Below, one piece after another: positions 51,539-53,654 of a stretch of 53,654 bases of DNA. The notes below the pieces were generated by a model, which had not been told where the DNA came from, did no database searches, and saw only the letters and a program-made list of their open reading frames with translations. The position numbers and the translations under genes are program-made. The stretch's first letter is position 1. Each line of letters opens with the position of its first letter. This DNA is from Muribaculaceae bacterium (lineage in GTDB: Bacteria > Bacteroidota > Bacteroidia > Bacteroidales > Muribaculaceae): positions 1 to 53,654 of the forward strand of contig JBJFEF010000310.1 in the NCBI GenBank assembly GCA_051890435.1. Reading direction: 5' to 3'.

Positions 51539-51582
51539 CCGGGCAGGCTCTTGTGTGCGTGTCCTGCCCGGTTTGTCATTTT
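51539..51582 (+). terminator. Rho-independent terminator after the second GLUG gene
   Basis: A 9-bp GC-rich stem (CCGGGCAGG at 51539-51547, CCTGCCCGG at 51563-51571) is followed by TTTGTCATTTT. Confidence 0.6.
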
Positions 51583-51615
51583 CTAATACACACCAAGGAA
51601 TATAAACCTAACAAT

Positions 51616-53625
51616 ATGAAATACTACCGACAAAAATACATGGCCATAGCTTTAGCCCTATGCTTGGGAGCTACAGCTCCGCTGTGCATGGAGGCTGCGC
51701 AAGCTGCTCAGGCGCAACAGACGCCTACGGTGCAAAAGCGCACAATCAGAGGCCATATCGCCGATAAGAATGGGGAAGACCTGATAGGCGCAGTGGTGAA
51801 AGTAAACGGCACGAAGACCATCGTAGCCACCGATTTAGAAGGCAATTATTCAGTATCCTATTCAGGAAAGGGAAATGCAACCTTATCTTTTTCAATGCTT
51901 GGATATATCACCAAGACCATTTCAGCAGCCGAAGCAAGTGATGGTGTGCTCAACGTGATTCTCGAAGAAGAGGCTGCACTGCTCGATGAGGTAGTGGTGG
52001 TGGGCTACGGCACTGTGAAAAAAGAATCGCTGACTTCGGCAATCTCAAGTATCAAGGCCGAAGACATTTCGCGTACTGCGGCAGTGAACACCTCGGGTGC
52101 TCTTGCCGGAAAGGTGCCCGGAATCAACAGCCGCCAGACCGACGGTCGCCCGGGACACTGGACGAGCATCAACATTCGCAACATGGGCACACCGCTCTAT
52201 GTGGTTGATGGTGTGCAGATGGACGAAGGTCAATTCAACAACATTGATTTCAATGATATCGAAAGTATGTCGGTGCTGAAGGACGCCTCAGCGTCGATTT
52301 ATGGTGTGCGTGCTGCAAATGGCGTGGTAGTGGTTACCACCAAGTCGGGAAAGCGTAACCAGAAGTGCCGCATCAATCTCAACACCTACTATGGCTGGCA
52401 GTCGATGTTCCGTTATCCCGAACTCGCCGATGCTCCCACCTATGTCTCTGCGAGCGTGCAAGCCACCACTTTACTTGGGCAGACTCCAAGATACACCCGT
52501 GAGGAATATGATGCCTATATGAGTGGAGAAAAGCAGGGCTTCAATTGGAAAGAATTTATCTGGAACAGCAGTGCTCCGCAATGGTATGCCGAATTGAGCG
52601 CCAGCGGTGGCTCTGAGAAAATCAGCTACTATGTGGCAGCAAGCCATATTTTCCAGGAATCGATGGCTCGTGATTTTGGAAATTTCCAGAGAACCAACAT
52701 ACAACTTAATGTAGATGCCGATATTTCCGACCATTTTCGCATGAAAGCGCGTATAAATGGCCGTGTTGAAGATAAGAAAAATGCTGCTTTCAATATTGCT
52801 TACCACGGCAACGACGAATATTGGACACTACAGTTTGCGCAAGTAAACAACACACCTACGCAGTACCCCTACGCCAACGACAATCCTCTTTATCCCGCTG
52901 TTGCAGGAACTGGTGGCTACACCAATTATGCTTGTCTCACAATGGACAAAGCAGGTGAAGCCAACGACAACTGGCGTGTATTCCAAGGCAACCTCGAAGC
53001 TGAATGGGAGCCTATAAAGGGGCTTGTATTCAAGGCTATGGGAAGCTACTTCAATAGCAATGAGCGCTACAAGTCGCGCCCTCTCGGATATAATCTCTAC
53101 AGCTACGATGAGGGAACCGACACCTATAATGTCGTAAAGAGCTTTACGGGCAACTTCACCAACCGCTGGCAATATATCGAAACCATAAACTCTCAACTGA
53201 GTGCATCATATAAGAACAACTGGAACGACATCCACACCCTCGATGCCTTTGTGGGATTTGAAACTTATCTCACCAACAACCCGGGTGTTTATTACTATGG
53301 CATTCCGGCAATGGACGCCCTCAAAGTAGCTTATTTCAATGAGCTGCGCAGCTTCAGCGACTGGAACGAAAACACTTCATCTCGATTGGGCTATATGGGC
53401 CGCATCAACTATGAATACAAGCACCGCTATCTCCTTGAAATGTCGGCTCGCTATGACGGCTCGTGGAAATTCTCGCCCAAGCATCGCTGGGGATTCTTCC
53501 CTTCGGTTTCGGGAGGCTGGCGTGCCAGCGAGGAAAGCTTCTGGAAAGACGGCGTGTTGGGCAAATACATCAATAATTTCAAGGTGCGTGCATCCTACGG
53601 TAGGGAAATTCAGTTAATGGCTTGA
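51616..53625 (+). CDS. susC: SusC-family TonB-dependent transporter, prematurely terminated (about 669 aa against 1000+ expected); possible pseudogene or junction artefact
   Basis: The ATG at 51616 gives the signal MKYYRQKYMAIALALCLGATAPLCMEA. It has a carboxypeptidase-regulatory-like domain (IRGHIADKNGEDLIGAVVKVNGTKTIVATDLEGNYSV) and a plug (DEVVVVGYGTVKKESLT...IESMSVLKDASASIYGVRAANGVVVVTTKSGK). The frame ends ...FKVRASYG-REIQLMA*. Full-length SusC proteins continue for several hundred residues at that point. Confidence 0.75.
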   Translation: MKYYRQKYMAIALALCLGATAPLCMEAAQAAQAQQTPTVQKRTIRGHIADKNGEDLIGAVVKVNGTKTIVATDLEGNYSVSYSGKGNATLSFSMLGYITKTISAAEASDGVLNVILEEEAALLDEVVVVGYGTVKKESLTSAISSIKAEDISRTAAVNTSGALAGKVPGINSRQTDGRPGHWTSINIRNMGTPLYVVDGVQMDEGQFNNIDFNDIESMSVLKDASASIYGVRAANGVVVVTTKSGKRNQKCRINLNTYYGWQSMFRYPELADAPTYVSASVQATTLLGQTPRYTREEYDAYMSGEKQGFNWKEFIWNSSAPQWYAELSASGGSEKISYYVAASHIFQESMARDFGNFQRTNIQLNVDADISDHFRMKARINGRVEDKKNAAFNIAYHGNDEYWTLQFAQVNNTPTQYPYANDNPLYPAVAGTGGYTNYACLTMDKAGEANDNWRVFQGNLEAEWEPIKGLVFKAMGSYFNSNERYKSRPLGYNLYSYDEGTDTYNVVKSFTGNFTNRWQYIETINSQLSASYKNNWNDIHTLDAFVGFETYLTNNPGVYYYGIPAMDALKVAYFNELRSFSDWNENTSSRLGYMGRINYEYKHRYLLEMSARYDGSWKFSPKHRWGFFPSVSGGWRASEESFWKDGVLGKYINNFKVRASYGREIQLMA

Positions 53626-53654
53626 ATTTTCAACCGGGGAAAGGCTCGTGATGG

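Noticed and set aside
1-53654. A search by eye for mobile elements (integrase, transposase, relaxase), tRNA/rRNA genes, toxin-antitoxin or defence-system genes, and invertible-promoter inverted repeats.
   Set aside because: No ORF shows recombinase, transposase or nuclease-type motifs. No cloverleaf-like or rRNA-like segment was seen in the few intergenic regions longer than 150 bp (3285-3542, 12957-13174, 41796-42158, 46402-46588). The only inverted repeats found are terminator-sized hairpins.

Overview
This 53.6-kb window looks like a chromosomal segment from a T9SS-positive Bacteroidales-type genome. It carries SusC/SusD pairs, two hybrid two-component regulators, TAnnTTTG-type promoter boxes and five proteins ending in T9SS sorting domains. 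I found no rRNA, tRNA, CRISPR array, integrase or transposase. All family assignments come from motifs read by eye and need HMM or structure confirmation.

The content splits into three parts.

(1) 163-3284: a GDPD phosphodiesterase lipoprotein and a porin.

(2) 3543-41795: a large rhamnose-centred polysaccharide utilisation locus.
- A minus-strand arm carries two GH3 enzymes, a six-repeat T9SS surface protein and a GH78-related enzyme.
- It is divergent from a classical HTCS gene.
- A roughly 21.6-kb plus-strand gene string follows: susC-susD-susC-susD, two GH99/DUF5010-like paralogs, a GH106-like rhamnosidase, then rhaB-rhaA-rhaT-rhaD directly.
- The string ends at a strong bidirectional terminator that faces a convergent GH78 rhamnosidase.

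(3) 42159-53625: a second locus.
- It is led by an HTCS whose sensor is a periplasmic sugar-binding-protein domain.
- A duplicated two-gene cassette follows (beta-helix GH28/GH49-like hydrolase plus GLUG-repeat beta-helix protein), and three of those four proteins carry T9SS sorting domains.
- It ends with a SusC gene that terminates prematurely 29 nt before the window edge.

The best candidates for undescribed biology are:
- the T9SS-coupled hydrolase/GLUG cassette;
- the tandem GH99/DUF5010-like pair;
- the six-repeat T9SS putative glycan-binding protein;
- a 27-bp x3 tandem repeat spanning the GH106 stop codon just upstream of rhaB.

Many long antisense ORFs in the track are shadows of GC3-rich genes and were rejected.
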